Counted from the first letter of the stretch, positions 17,430-26,407 are shown. The stretch: 44,397 nucleotides of DNA from a virus (IMGVR_UViG_3300022895_000146:1-44397); one strand, 5' to 3'. The notes: generated by a model from the letters alone, not told the origin. Numbers and translations: made by a program.

Positions 17430-17464
17430 AAAGCTTTCATCTTAGGATGGGGGCTTTTTCTTTT
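17430..17464 (+). terminator. Intrinsic terminator
   Basis: AAGCTTTCATC-ttag-GATGGGGGCTT followed by TTTCTTTT. Confidence 0.6.
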
Positions 17465-17536
17465 GCTTTGAAAACTGCGTCAAACAGCCAAAACACTTTG
17501 TGATGAGAAGGGAGAGTTTGTGTGGTTTTGAGAGCA
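17464..17536 (+). repeat. Hairpin element A, copy 1
   Basis: TGCTTTGAAAACTGCGTCAAAC...GATGAGAAGG...GTTTGTGTGGTTTTGAGAGCA; second copy at 18819-18900. Confidence 0.8.
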
Positions 17537-17586
17537 GGATTATATTATGGTATCACCTCCAATTTTTAGGTATTATAAAGTGAGAG

Positions 17587-18210
17587 GTGAGGACTTTGGA
17601 GTGGAGAAATAGAGATTGGAAATGGGTAACAGGGATTTTAATAGGTATTATTATTCTTTTAGTAGCTTCAATTTTCGCTAAGAATACTGGAATCGAAGTG
17701 AACTTTAGTATTATCTCTAGTGCTGTGTCAATTGCATTAGCTTTGGTAGCAATATTTTTTGCTTTTAAACAAGATAGTGATAACCGTAGGGGAAATGATA
17801 ATTTAGAAGCAACTCTGCAAGGTATTAGTAGGGAAGTTGGTTCAGTGAAAAATCATGTGTTCCAAATTACTAAAACTGATATACAAGAAATTAAAGAAAA
17901 AACATATGAAACGACAAAGTTAGATGATCAGAAATCGACATACACTAAAGAAGAAGTGGATTCACTTATTAAGGATACAATATCTGCTTTTAGTGATGAA
18001 ATTGAAGAGAAAGTGGATAATGATCTAAACTTAGATTCATCACAATATCCAACGAGGGAAATTATTTTAAAGCGAGCCTTAGAAGAAATTATATGGAGAA
18101 ATGGAAAGTTTAGCTCTGTTGAGAGAATTCAAAGAGAATTGAAAGAGTTCTATAATATAGAAATGGAGAAGAAAGATATATTCGCATTTTACAAGAAATA
18201 TATTAATTAA
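17587..18210 (+). CDS. Membrane protein (two N-terminal TM helices), moron
   Basis: Two hydrophobic segments followed by an acidic coiled region. AT-rich, with its own terminator. Confidence 0.75.
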   Translation: MRTLEWRNRDWKWVTGILIGIIILLVASIFAKNTGIEVNFSIISSAVSIALALVAIFFAFKQDSDNRRGNDNLEATLQGISREVGSVKNHVFQITKTDIQEIKEKTYETTKLDDQKSTYTKEEVDSLIKDTISAFSDEIEEKVDNDLNLDSSQYPTREIILKRALEEIIWRNGKFSSVERIQRELKEFYNIEMEKKDIFAFYKKYIN

Positions 18211-18225
18211 TTCTATTTTGATCCT

Positions 18226-18253
18226 GACATCCTTCGGGATGTTTTATTATTTT
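18226..18253 (+). terminator. Intrinsic terminator
   Basis: GACATCC-ttcg-GGATGTT followed by a T-rich tract. Confidence 0.75.
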
Positions 18254-18403
18254 ACTAAGCAATTAGCATAATGGGGTGATACCATTGGGAAAGTAAAGAA
18301 GTTAAATCCAAAACAGCAAAAGAATGTGGCTTTTTATTATGAAAATAATCTATAACAAACATTTCCTTTTAATCTATGATTAGGTTGAGAGGAGGTGAGG
18401 AAG

Positions 18404-18561
18404 ATGGCTAAAAAATAGACAAGGTTTATTTAGTATATAAATTAGTAAGTGGGTTCCCGTTTCATGAGAAATTGGTGGGGTGCTTCAGCACGAAAGAAAA
18501 GGCTGAAGAAGAAAAAGCAAAATACGAAACAGCACGCATTCAAGAAGTCGAAGTAGAGTAA
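18404..18561 (+). pseudogene. Small phage gene frameshifted in an A6 tract
   Basis: Strong RBS, then ATG GCT AAA AAA TAG. One extra A gives MAKKIDKVYLVY...LVGCFSTKEKAEE...EVEVE (52 aa). Confidence 0.6.
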
Positions 18562-18590
18562 GATCAATTTCTATTAAAGGGGATGTTAAA

Positions 18591-18779
18591 ATGAATCCAG
18601 CAGAAAAGGTTGAGGAAATTTTAAAAGAACTATTGTACTTTTTTAAAAGCTTGGACCATTTACCAGAAATGAATAGTATTGATGATATAATGTGTGTTGG
18701 TAGTCATCTAGCCCTTGGGGCAGATATTGTAGACGAAGCAATACGAAATTTAGATGAGTTAATAAGTGCTAATAAATAA
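18591..18779 (+). CDS. Hypothetical protein
   Basis: RBS AAAGGGGA, followed by a terminator at 18786-18814. Confidence 0.65.
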   Translation: MNPAEKVEEILKELLYFFKSLDHLPEMNSIDDIMCVGSHLALGADIVDEAIRNLDELISANK

Positions 18780-18818
18780 GATTTCAGGTCACGTTCATAT
18801 TGAGCGTGGCTTTTATGT

Positions 18819-18900
18819 TGCTTTGAAAACTGCATCAAACAGCGATTGGAGAATACGAGAAACGATGAGAAGGCGGAGGTTTGGTGTGATTTTGAGAGCA
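18819..18900 (+). repeat. Hairpin element A, copy 2
   Basis: TGCTTTGAAAACTGCATCAAAC...GATGAGAAGG...GTTTGGTGTGATTTTGAGAGCA. Confidence 0.8.
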
Positions 18901-18956
18901 AAAAGTTATTACATACTATTCAACTTCTAGTTTATGATTGGTTGGGAGGTGATATT

Positions 18957-19352
18957 ATGAGTGATTGGATTAATAAATTTTACAGTGAAGCTAAACATTA
19001 TAATTTCGATAATCGTACACAAAATATTCTTGGAGTTAAACAAACTATTGAAGGAAAAATTAATACAATTTGTTATCCATTAATTCAACTTCAAGGTACT
19101 GGTTATAAAGCAAATGGGAATTTGATCTTTCTTGGTGAATTAGAGTTAGAATTTTCTATCGAGTTTCAAACTCCAGGTTCAAAAATTGAAGAACTGTTAA
19201 TTTTCAAGAAACGTGTTAGCCATTCCAAGACATATAGAATTGTTCTTGGAGAAAAGTGTTTCATCGAAATGCAAGGTTATGGTACTTTAGATTTTAATGA
19301 AACTAATATTGATCTTTTAGTAAAAGAATTAATTTCTGATGCATTTAAATAA
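18957..19352 (+). CDS. Hypothetical protein (131 aa), moron
   Basis: ATG 18957 after GGGAGGTGA. AT-rich, terminator at 19359-19398. Confidence 0.7.
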   Translation: MSDWINKFYSEAKHYNFDNRTQNILGVKQTIEGKINTICYPLIQLQGTGYKANGNLIFLGELELEFSIEFQTPGSKIEELLIFKKRVSHSKTYRIVLGEKCFIEMQGYGTLDFNETNIDLLVKELISDAFK

Positions 19353-19468
19353 AATTTGAAACACCTACTTTTTTTATAAGTGAGGTGTTTTCTATTTTGC
19401 TAAGCATTTAGTACAAAAGAGGTGATTACAAAACAAATAAATGATGGAGGTGGTGGTGATTATGAGAT

Positions 19469-20428
19469 ATGGCTAGAGCTAGAGATCCAAAACGTGACAA
19501 AGCCTATGAACTATATAAAGCATCAAATGGTGTTATAAAACTCAAAGATATTGCAGAACAATTAGGGATCGCAGAAGGTACAGTTCGTGGGTGGAAGAAC
19601 AAAGACAAATGGGATGAAAAATTAGAAGCGGAATCGAACGGAACGTTCCAATCAAAACTGCCCAAAAATACGGAACGTTCCGTAAAAAAGAAACCGAAGC
19701 GGAGCAACGTTAAATCAGAAGCGGAATCGCAAGCAACTGTACAGTTTGAAATCGTCCCAAGTGACGGTCTCAACAGCCAGCAGTTGCTTTTTTGTTTGTA
19801 CTACACGAAATATTGGAATGCCACAAAAGCATACCAAAAAGTGTATGGTTGTGACTATGCTTCAGCAATGAGTAATGGCTCTCGATTGATAAGAAATGAT
19901 AAGGTTCGAAAGGAGATTCATCGCCTAAAAGCAGAGTTGGCTAATGGCATTATGCTTGATGCTCGACAAGTGCTACAAAAGTACATTGATATTGCATTTG
20001 CAGATATTACGGATTTTATTGATTTTACTCAAATTGAGGCAGAGTCAACTGAAACGACAGTTGAATTTAACCCAGATGGTTCAAAGAAATCCGAGAAAAT
20101 AGAAGTTTTACCATATACGTATACGAAGTTTGCTATGCACTATTCAGAAGAAATTGACGGGACACTCATTACCGAAATATCTAAAGGTAAAGATGGTATG
20201 TTCAAAGTTAAACTTGCAGATAAAATGGCAGCCCTTGCAATGTTATCAAAGTACACTGATTTATTAAATGATGAGCAGCTAAAGCGATTGCGTGAAGAAA
20301 AGTTAAAAGTAGATATTGCAAAAGTACGTTTCGAAACAAAAGGTGCTGGTGGTCGCAACACCACAGGCGTTGATTTAAGTAATTTAACACTGGAGGAGTT
20401 GAGAGCTATTGCAAACTCTAAGCGATGA
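19469..20428 (+). CDS. terS: Terminase small subunit
   Basis: MARAR.P.RDKA..LKDIAEQLG..GTVRGWKNKDKW, Q..FC..Y....NATKAY, IAFADI. Confidence 0.92.
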   Translation: MARARDPKRDKAYELYKASNGVIKLKDIAEQLGIAEGTVRGWKNKDKWDEKLEAESNGTFQSKLPKNTERSVKKKPKRSNVKSEAESQATVQFEIVPSDGLNSQQLLFCLYYTKYWNATKAYQKVYGCDYASAMSNGSRLIRNDKVRKEIHRLKAELANGIMLDARQVLQKYIDIAFADITDFIDFTQIEAESTETTVEFNPDGSKKSEKIEVLPYTYTKFAMHYSEEIDGTLITEISKGKDGMFKVKLADKMAALAMLSKYTDLLNDEQLKRLREEKLKVDIAKVRFETKGAGGRNTTGVDLSNLTLEELRAIANSKR

Positions 20429-21869
20429 GGAAATGAGTGCATTAGCGTATGAAGCGGAAAAAGAACTGTCACGCCATTTTTATCGTGATTACGTGCAGTT
20501 TGTGCACCATGGCCATTATGAACATTATCGCCATACAGAATTAATTTGTGATGTTCTGCAGCGTGTGGCTGAAGGTGAGCAATTATCCATATTAATAGAG
20601 TTGCCCCCACGACATGGGAAAAGTATGACGGTAACCGAATCGTTTCCGTCTTTTTATTTGGGCAAAAATCCTGATAAGCGGGTAATTGCTGCTGCTTATT
20701 CAGATGGATTAGCAACTAAGTTCGGTCGTCTGAATCGTAATAAATTCAATGAGTTTTCGCATGATCTATTTGATGTGCAATTGTCTGATTCCAATGCTGC
20801 CACAAAGGATTGGGGAATCCAAGACAGAAGGGGTGGCATGATTTCTACTGGTATAGGTGGTTCCATTACAGGTCAAGGTGCCGATTTAATGATTATTGAT
20901 GACCCTATAAAAAATATTAAAGAAGCAATGTCACAAACAATCCGGGACAATATTTGGGATGAGTGGGAGGCAACATTATCAACGCGTTTACATGATGGTG
21001 CGTCCGTGATTGTTATCATGACACGATGGCATGAGGACGATCTTATAGGTCGTTTGCTGGCACGTAGCCCACGTAAATGGATTCGTTTGCGTTTACCCGC
21101 CATAGCAGAGGTTGAAAATGATTTATTAGGCAGAGAAATAGGTGAGCCATTATGTCCAGAGCTCGGCTTTGATAAGCAATGGGCAAAGGATAAAAAGACA
21201 GAGGTTGGTTCTAGAACATGGGCATCTCTTTTCCAACAACGCCCCGCTCCTGCAGGCGGTAATATATTCAAACGTGAATGGATTCGTTATTATGTTCGTT
21301 CAGAAGAGCAAAAGCGTCAATGGGGCTTGAGTGACAATGTGATCGTTCTACCTATCCATTTCGATAAAGAAGTACAGTCATGGGATTGTACTTTCAAAGC
21401 AACAGATACAAGCGATTTTGTAGCGGGTGGTGTATGGGCACGGAAGAAAGCGCAGTATTTTTTACTTGACCAACACCATGCACGTATGGGCTTTGCTGAT
21501 ACGTTAAAAGCCATTGAAGCAATGTCTGATAAATGGCCTCAAGCACGGAGTAAATACATTGAGGACAAGGCAAACGGTTCAGCAGTAATTGAAATGCTGC
21601 AGAAGAAAATCTCCGGCATTATTCCTGTTAATCCTGATGGAGGGAAAGAAGCAAGAGCACACGCTGTATCACCATTATTTGAAGCGGGTAACGTGTACCT
21701 CCCACATCCAAATATGTGTCCTTGGGTGAATGATGTAATAGAAGAGCTTGTATCGTTCCCTAATGCTGCTCATGATGATTTGGTAGATATGACTACACAA
21801 GCATTGAATCAGCTATATACAAACAATTCAAATCCGCTTGAAAGAATAAGAAAATGGGCGGGTTTTTAG
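20409..21869 (+). CDS. terL: Terminase large subunit
   Basis: PPRHGKS Walker A, IIDDP Walker B, IEDKANG and HDD.VD nuclease motifs. Confidence 0.95.
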   Translation: MQTLSDEEMSALAYEAEKELSRHFYRDYVQFVHHGHYEHYRHTELICDVLQRVAEGEQLSILIELPPRHGKSMTVTESFPSFYLGKNPDKRVIAAAYSDGLATKFGRLNRNKFNEFSHDLFDVQLSDSNAATKDWGIQDRRGGMISTGIGGSITGQGADLMIIDDPIKNIKEAMSQTIRDNIWDEWEATLSTRLHDGASVIVIMTRWHEDDLIGRLLARSPRKWIRLRLPAIAEVENDLLGREIGEPLCPELGFDKQWAKDKKTEVGSRTWASLFQQRPAPAGGNIFKREWIRYYVRSEEQKRQWGLSDNVIVLPIHFDKEVQSWDCTFKATDTSDFVAGGVWARKKAQYFLLDQHHARMGFADTLKAIEAMSDKWPQARSKYIEDKANGSAVIEMLQKKISGIIPVNPDGGKEARAHAVSPLFEAGNVYLPHPNMCPWVNDVIEELVSFPNAAHDDLVDMTTQALNQLYTNNSNPLERIRKWAGF

Positions 21870-21882
21870 GTGGTGATGAATA

Positions 21883-23223
21883 TTGAGCCTTCTTGAACAG
21901 GCTAGGCAATACAAAGAGGACTTTATGCAAGGGCATGGCAAAGCGGGTGCAAAGGACAAACTCACTAGACAAGTACCTGGTATTCGCCGTAAGTTAACAC
22001 ATGAAGAAATATCAGGTCTTTATGCAGATAATCCAATTGTACAAAATATTGTTGATATTCCAGCCGAGGATATGACAAGACATTGGTTTACGTTACGTAT
22101 GAAGGATGAGCAGCTTGCTCGAGATATTATGGGGCGATTGGCAGACCTTAAAGCAAAAGAGGCCTTCAAGAAAATGAGGATGTACGAACGTATGCGTGGT
22201 GATGGCTTCATATCATTAGGAGTTTCACAAAAAGGTAAGTTTGACATAGAAGACCCTCTTAAATTAGATAGCCTACTTACAATAGATTATTTGCATCCAT
22301 TCTCGTCAATGAAAGTAAGCGAGTTTTTAATTAATGACGATGTATTTGATAAGAACTATGGGAAGTTGGTAAATTTACGGATTAATCGTGCATCTCGGAG
22401 CGGTATACAAGCTGTAGAAACACAATCACTTGTACATTACTCGCGCGTATTACATGACCAAACGAGGCGATTAGAGGAAGAAGAACAGGGTATGTCGCTG
22501 TTAGAGACACTATATGATGCTATTACTGTGCTTGATACTTCCTTGTGGTCTGTGGGACAGATACTACATGATTTCACATTCAAAGTTTATCAATCTAAAG
22601 ATGTGGAAAACTTAACAAAAGAGGAAAAACGAGAGCTCGGTATAATTATGGACTTCATGTTCCGAACTGAAGCACTAGCAATCATAGGAGCAGATGAAAA
22701 CCTATCAAAACAAACAACACCAGTATCCGGAATTAAAGACTTGCTTGACTTCGTATGGGAATATATAGCTGCTTCTGCTCGAATGCCTAAAAGCGTTATC
22801 AAAGGGCAAGAAGCGGGCACGCTCACAGGGGCACAATATGACGTCATGAATTACTATGCACGTATTACCTCAGCACAGGAAAATGAGCAAAAACCGCATC
22901 TTGAACAACTTATCCGCATGTTACTGTGGGCTGAAAATGAACCGGGTGGCCGCATCGATCCAGATAAAGTTGAATGGGAAATTAAGTTCAACCCGCTTTG
23001 GTCTGTTGATTCTAAAACAGATGCAGAAATCCGGAAAATAGTTGCTGAAACCGATCAAATATATTTGTCCAATGGCGTCATTTCTGAGGATGAAATACGA
23101 GAAGTGCGCTTCGGACAATTTGGTGTGTCTGATGACTTCAAATTTAGTGGTGATAGTGCTGATTTAGAACGTATGGCGAGTGAAGTTTATGGCGCATGGA
23201 AGGAAAACGGTACACATGGCTAA
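21883..23223 (+). CDS. Portal protein (DUF1073-type)
   Basis: Follows terL. IVDIPAEDMTR.W and F.PLW..D.K..AE motifs. Confidence 0.88.
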   Translation: MSLLEQARQYKEDFMQGHGKAGAKDKLTRQVPGIRRKLTHEEISGLYADNPIVQNIVDIPAEDMTRHWFTLRMKDEQLARDIMGRLADLKAKEAFKKMRMYERMRGDGFISLGVSQKGKFDIEDPLKLDSLLTIDYLHPFSSMKVSEFLINDDVFDKNYGKLVNLRINRASRSGIQAVETQSLVHYSRVLHDQTRRLEEEEQGMSLLETLYDAITVLDTSLWSVGQILHDFTFKVYQSKDVENLTKEEKRELGIIMDFMFRTEALAIIGADENLSKQTTPVSGIKDLLDFVWEYIAASARMPKSVIKGQEAGTLTGAQYDVMNYYARITSAQENEQKPHLEQLIRMLLWAENEPGGRIDPDKVEWEIKFNPLWSVDSKTDAEIRKIVAETDQIYLSNGVISEDEIREVRFGQFGVSDDFKFSGDSADLERMASEVYGAWKENGTHG

Positions 23224-24490
23224 ACGTGTACCACCTACACGCTTCCCTGACGTTGTTATTGCATCCTATTACCGCTCCATCGATAAACTTGTCCAAGAAG
23301 CGGGCAAAGCAACCCTAGCCATATTTGATACACATTTAAAAGAATACATCGACAACAACCGCGCAGACAGTAGCGGTTTTTTTGTTGAGGATGGACCACT
23401 AGATTTCATCAAAAAAGTATTAAAGAGTATGAAAAATGCGATAAGCCATACCTACTCTCAACGTAAAGTAAAGACAACTGCTAATTCATTCATGAAAAAT
23501 TTAAACCAAGTGAATAAAACGAATATGGAGCAACAAGGTAGAGTACGTGGTATTAATCCAAATGACTCAGAGCCTTGGCTTGGACCATTCATGAAAGAAA
23601 ATGTCGAGAAAAATGTCGGCTATATCACAAATATTCGTGATGATTACACCCAAAAAATAGAAAACATCGTACTAGATGGTGTAAATAATGGTAGTAGTCA
23701 TAAGCAGATACGTCAGCAACTTGAGGACCAAATTGACATGTCTCGTAGACGAGCTGAATTTGTGGCTGTAGATCAAACTGGTAGCCTTTTTGGACAAATG
23801 ACTGCCCAACGTCATCAAAACATGGGCGTTATGAAATTCAGATGGCGGACATCGAAGGATGAACGAGTAAGAAAATCACATAAAGAACTTGAGGATAAGA
23901 TATTTCCTTATGATGATCCACCGGCTGTCGGTTTACCTGGTGAGGATTTCCGATGTCGTTGTATTGCACTCCCTATTTTCGATGATGAGGAAGAAATTGA
24001 ATCGACAACGGAACAGCCTGTTAATGAGGAATTGACAGAGGAAGAAACGAGGGCTGTGAATCAATATATTAGCTCGGATTCCTATAAATTGAATGATAAG
24101 TTGAGAAGAGAATTGCCTCTTGATAAGCAGGATGAGACCCTAATAAAAAATTTAGATGCAGCCTTAAAGAAAGTACCAAAGTATGAAGGTGATTTAAGTC
24201 GCTCACTGTATTTTTATAACGATGAAGATTTAAATAATTTTATGAGTAGTCATATGCTAGGTTCTGTAGTGGTGTATAATGAATTTATTTCCACTACCAA
24301 AGGTGATGTTTATAATTTTGATGGTCAAGTTCAGTTATATATTTTAGATGCTGAAAACGGCAGAAATATTAGTCATTTCAATGAAGGTGAACAAGAAATT
24401 TTATATGAGCGAGAATCGAAATTCAGAGTTAAAAATATCGAAGAAATAAATGGCACTTATCACATTCAATTGGAGGAATACGATGAGTAA
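23216..24490 (+). CDS. MuF (SPP1 gp7-like) minor head protein fused to a C-terminal ADP-ribosyltransferase
   Basis: MuF motifs W.T..DERVR.SH and PG....CRC. C-terminus Y....Y..LN..LR, R-S-E triad (SRSL, FISTT, EQEIL). Start adjusted to ATG 23216. Confidence 0.85.
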   Translation: MAKRVPPTRFPDVVIASYYRSIDKLVQEAGKATLAIFDTHLKEYIDNNRADSSGFFVEDGPLDFIKKVLKSMKNAISHTYSQRKVKTTANSFMKNLNQVNKTNMEQQGRVRGINPNDSEPWLGPFMKENVEKNVGYITNIRDDYTQKIENIVLDGVNNGSSHKQIRQQLEDQIDMSRRRAEFVAVDQTGSLFGQMTAQRHQNMGVMKFRWRTSKDERVRKSHKELEDKIFPYDDPPAVGLPGEDFRCRCIALPIFDDEEEIESTTEQPVNEELTEEETRAVNQYISSDSYKLNDKLRRELPLDKQDETLIKNLDAALKKVPKYEGDLSRSLYFYNDEDLNNFMSSHMLGSVVVYNEFISTTKGDVYNFDGQVQLYILDAENGRNISHFNEGEQEILYERESKFRVKNIEEINGTYHIQLEEYDE

Positions 24491-24638
24491 TAAAAAACCT
24501 TTTAGCGACCCAAGATGGACACAGCCGTTAGGGGGAAAAGTTATTGGAAAAGTTGAGTTTACGGAAGAGGAAAAGCAAGAAAACAAAAAGAAGTTTCGAG
24601 AGCATCTAAAAAAAATCGGTGTCATAAAAGAAGAGTGA
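24483..24638 (+). CDS. Small protein, putative immunity protein for the MuF toxin
   Basis: 51 aa, overlaps the toxin stop, RBS GGAGG, followed by a terminator-like hairpin at 24638-24675. Confidence 0.55.
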   Translation: MSNKKPFSDPRWTQPLGGKVIGKVEFTEEEKQENKKKFREHLKKIGVIKEE

Positions 24639-24792
24639 AAACACGTAACTACAAAAGGTTAGGTGTTTTTATTTTGGTCAAAATCCCAAACACTTGGGAA
24701 TTTAAAACGGAGGAAGATTTTAATTGTATATGGATAAACCTAGTTTCACAATTAAACCCGACAAACCCGTTACTTTGAAAGGGGGTGAAACC

Positions 24793-25023
24793 ATGCCAAT
24801 GACACCCAAAAGTTATGTTAGCGCAGAATTAGAGAATCGCTATTCTTATCATGCGCCCAAAGAGGACCAAACGAAGCGATATGAGGCTTTGCGAGCAAAA
24901 ACTAAGGAGTTGGCTCATATGATTGACGAGTTATGCCCTAACAGCCGCGAAAAATCGTCTGCACAGACAAATTTACAACAGGCGATTATGTGGGCTAATG
25001 CTGCTATAGCTATCAATGAATAG
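24793..25023 (+). CDS. Acb2/Tad1-like helical-hairpin protein (putative anti-defence sponge)
   Basis: CPNSREKSSAQTNLQQAIMWANAAIA resembles the Tad1 SRE...A.T..EEA.MW.N segment. Start ATG 24793 after AAAGGGGGTGA. Confidence 0.6.
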   Translation: MPMTPKSYVSAELENRYSYHAPKEDQTKRYEALRAKTKELAHMIDELCPNSREKSSAQTNLQQAIMWANAAIAINE

Positions 25024-25034
25024 GAGGAAATAGC

Positions 25035-26129
25035 TTGAAACTACAACGCTATGACCGCAGTTTAATAAATGATTATGCTGAAACACCAGAAGGGTATTTA
25101 ACGGTACGTGTGCCGATTACTCGTCCTGGTGTTTTTCCGTATGCTCGACAGGATGGCACTGTTCAAATGGAAGCCAAGCTACCTGATGAGATTTTCAGTG
25201 ATCGCACAATGTTTTCAGCCCGCTCCAAACCGATTACAGATGAGCATCCAAATGTACCAGTGACTTTAGATAATTATCAAACTTATGCCAAAGGGATGAG
25301 TCATACAGATGCTCATGTAGAAGATTTGAAGCTTTATGTATCCATGACTATTACGGATAAGGATCTTATTCAAAAGGTTTATGATGGCAAGCGGGACATC
25401 AGTATCGGCTTTATGAGTGACGTTGTGGCAGAAGCGGGCACATACAACGGGCAGGCTTATGAATATGTACAGCGCAATATCGAAATTAATCATATTGCTA
25501 TTGTAGATCAAGGACGAGCGGGTCCGGAAGTAGCCATCCGCTCCGACTCAGATGCATGGCAAATTGATTCAACCGACAAAGGAGGAAAAAGTGAAATGGC
25601 AAAAATCAAAATTAAAGGCACAGAGTATGAGGTAGACCCAGCAGTAAAGGCTCATATTGAAAGCTTAACTGCTTCAACAGATGATGAGGAAGAGGATAAA
25701 AAGAAAAAAACAGATGCGTTGGATGTTTTACAAGGGCGTTTCGATGCATTAGAAGTTAAATTACAAAATACTGAGCGAGAGCTCGCTAACGAAAAGGCAA
25801 AGCAAGTGTCGGCCGATGAATTAGATAAGAAAGTGGAGCAACGTGTAACATTAATCAGTACAACTAAACCGCTTCTAGGCGATTCTTTCGACTTTACAGG
25901 CAAAACGGAACGCGAGATTAAGGAAGCGGTTATTGCAACAACTAAACAGGATTTTAAAGGCGATGGTAAATCAGACGATTATATCAACGCTTTTTTTGAT
26001 GCAACGATTGAGCAAGTAACTACTCAAGGCTTTTCTTCTACTGGTGCTAACTCAATCATTACTGGTGATGCGAGCCAAAGTACAGATGTAAATACAATGC
26101 GTATGCAACGTTTAAACATGCGTCCTTAA
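25035..26129 (+). CDS. DUF2213-type prohead protease/scaffold
   Basis: TPEGYL..PITRPGV..Y, PIT.EHP, NHIAIV..GRAG, coiled-coil C-terminus. Confidence 0.85.
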   Translation: MKLQRYDRSLINDYAETPEGYLTVRVPITRPGVFPYARQDGTVQMEAKLPDEIFSDRTMFSARSKPITDEHPNVPVTLDNYQTYAKGMSHTDAHVEDLKLYVSMTITDKDLIQKVYDGKRDISIGFMSDVVAEAGTYNGQAYEYVQRNIEINHIAIVDQGRAGPEVAIRSDSDAWQIDSTDKGGKSEMAKIKIKGTEYEVDPAVKAHIESLTASTDDEEEDKKKKTDALDVLQGRFDALEVKLQNTERELANEKAKQVSADELDKKVEQRVTLISTTKPLLGDSFDFTGKTEREIKEAVIATTKQDFKGDGKSDDYINAFFDATIEQVTTQGFSSTGANSIITGDASQSTDVNTMRMQRLNMRP

Positions 26130-26131
26130 GA

Positions 26132-26407
26132 TTGCCCATGAAGAAGGATTCCACTTTGGTTAAAGAAAGAACATGGCAAGAGTTTAGGGATTCAGGTTTA
26201 CTTTGGTTTGTGAATAGTATTTTACACGTTTTTGGTTGGGCTATTGTGATTGAGATTGATGAGAATACTAAAGATTTTGTTAAAGTATATCCTGCTCGTG
26301 TGAAATTTCGAGGATTCAGTGAAGAGTCGACAACTCAAGGTCATAAAAGACTAGCTAAATATATCAAAGAAAATGCAGAAATATTAGAACAAGAAGCAAA
26401 CAAATAA
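26132..26407 (+). CDS. Small hypothetical protein inserted in the head operon
   Basis: W.EFR.SGLLWF.N.ILH.FGWAI..PAR.KFRGF; fills the gap between the scaffold and decoration genes. Confidence 0.7.
   Translation: MPMKKDSTLVKERTWQEFRDSGLLWFVNSILHVFGWAIVIEIDENTKDFVKVYPARVKFRGFSEESTTQGHKRLAKYIKENAEILEQEANK

Noticed and set aside
18846-18956. N-terminal extension of the 168-aa ORF
   Set aside because: Overlaps non-coding element A; the RBS supports ATG 18957.
21883-23223. Portal as an anti-CBASS (Acb1-like) protein, a label sometimes given to this family
   Set aside because: Only the portal domain is present; no appended phosphoesterase with paired HxT motifs was seen.
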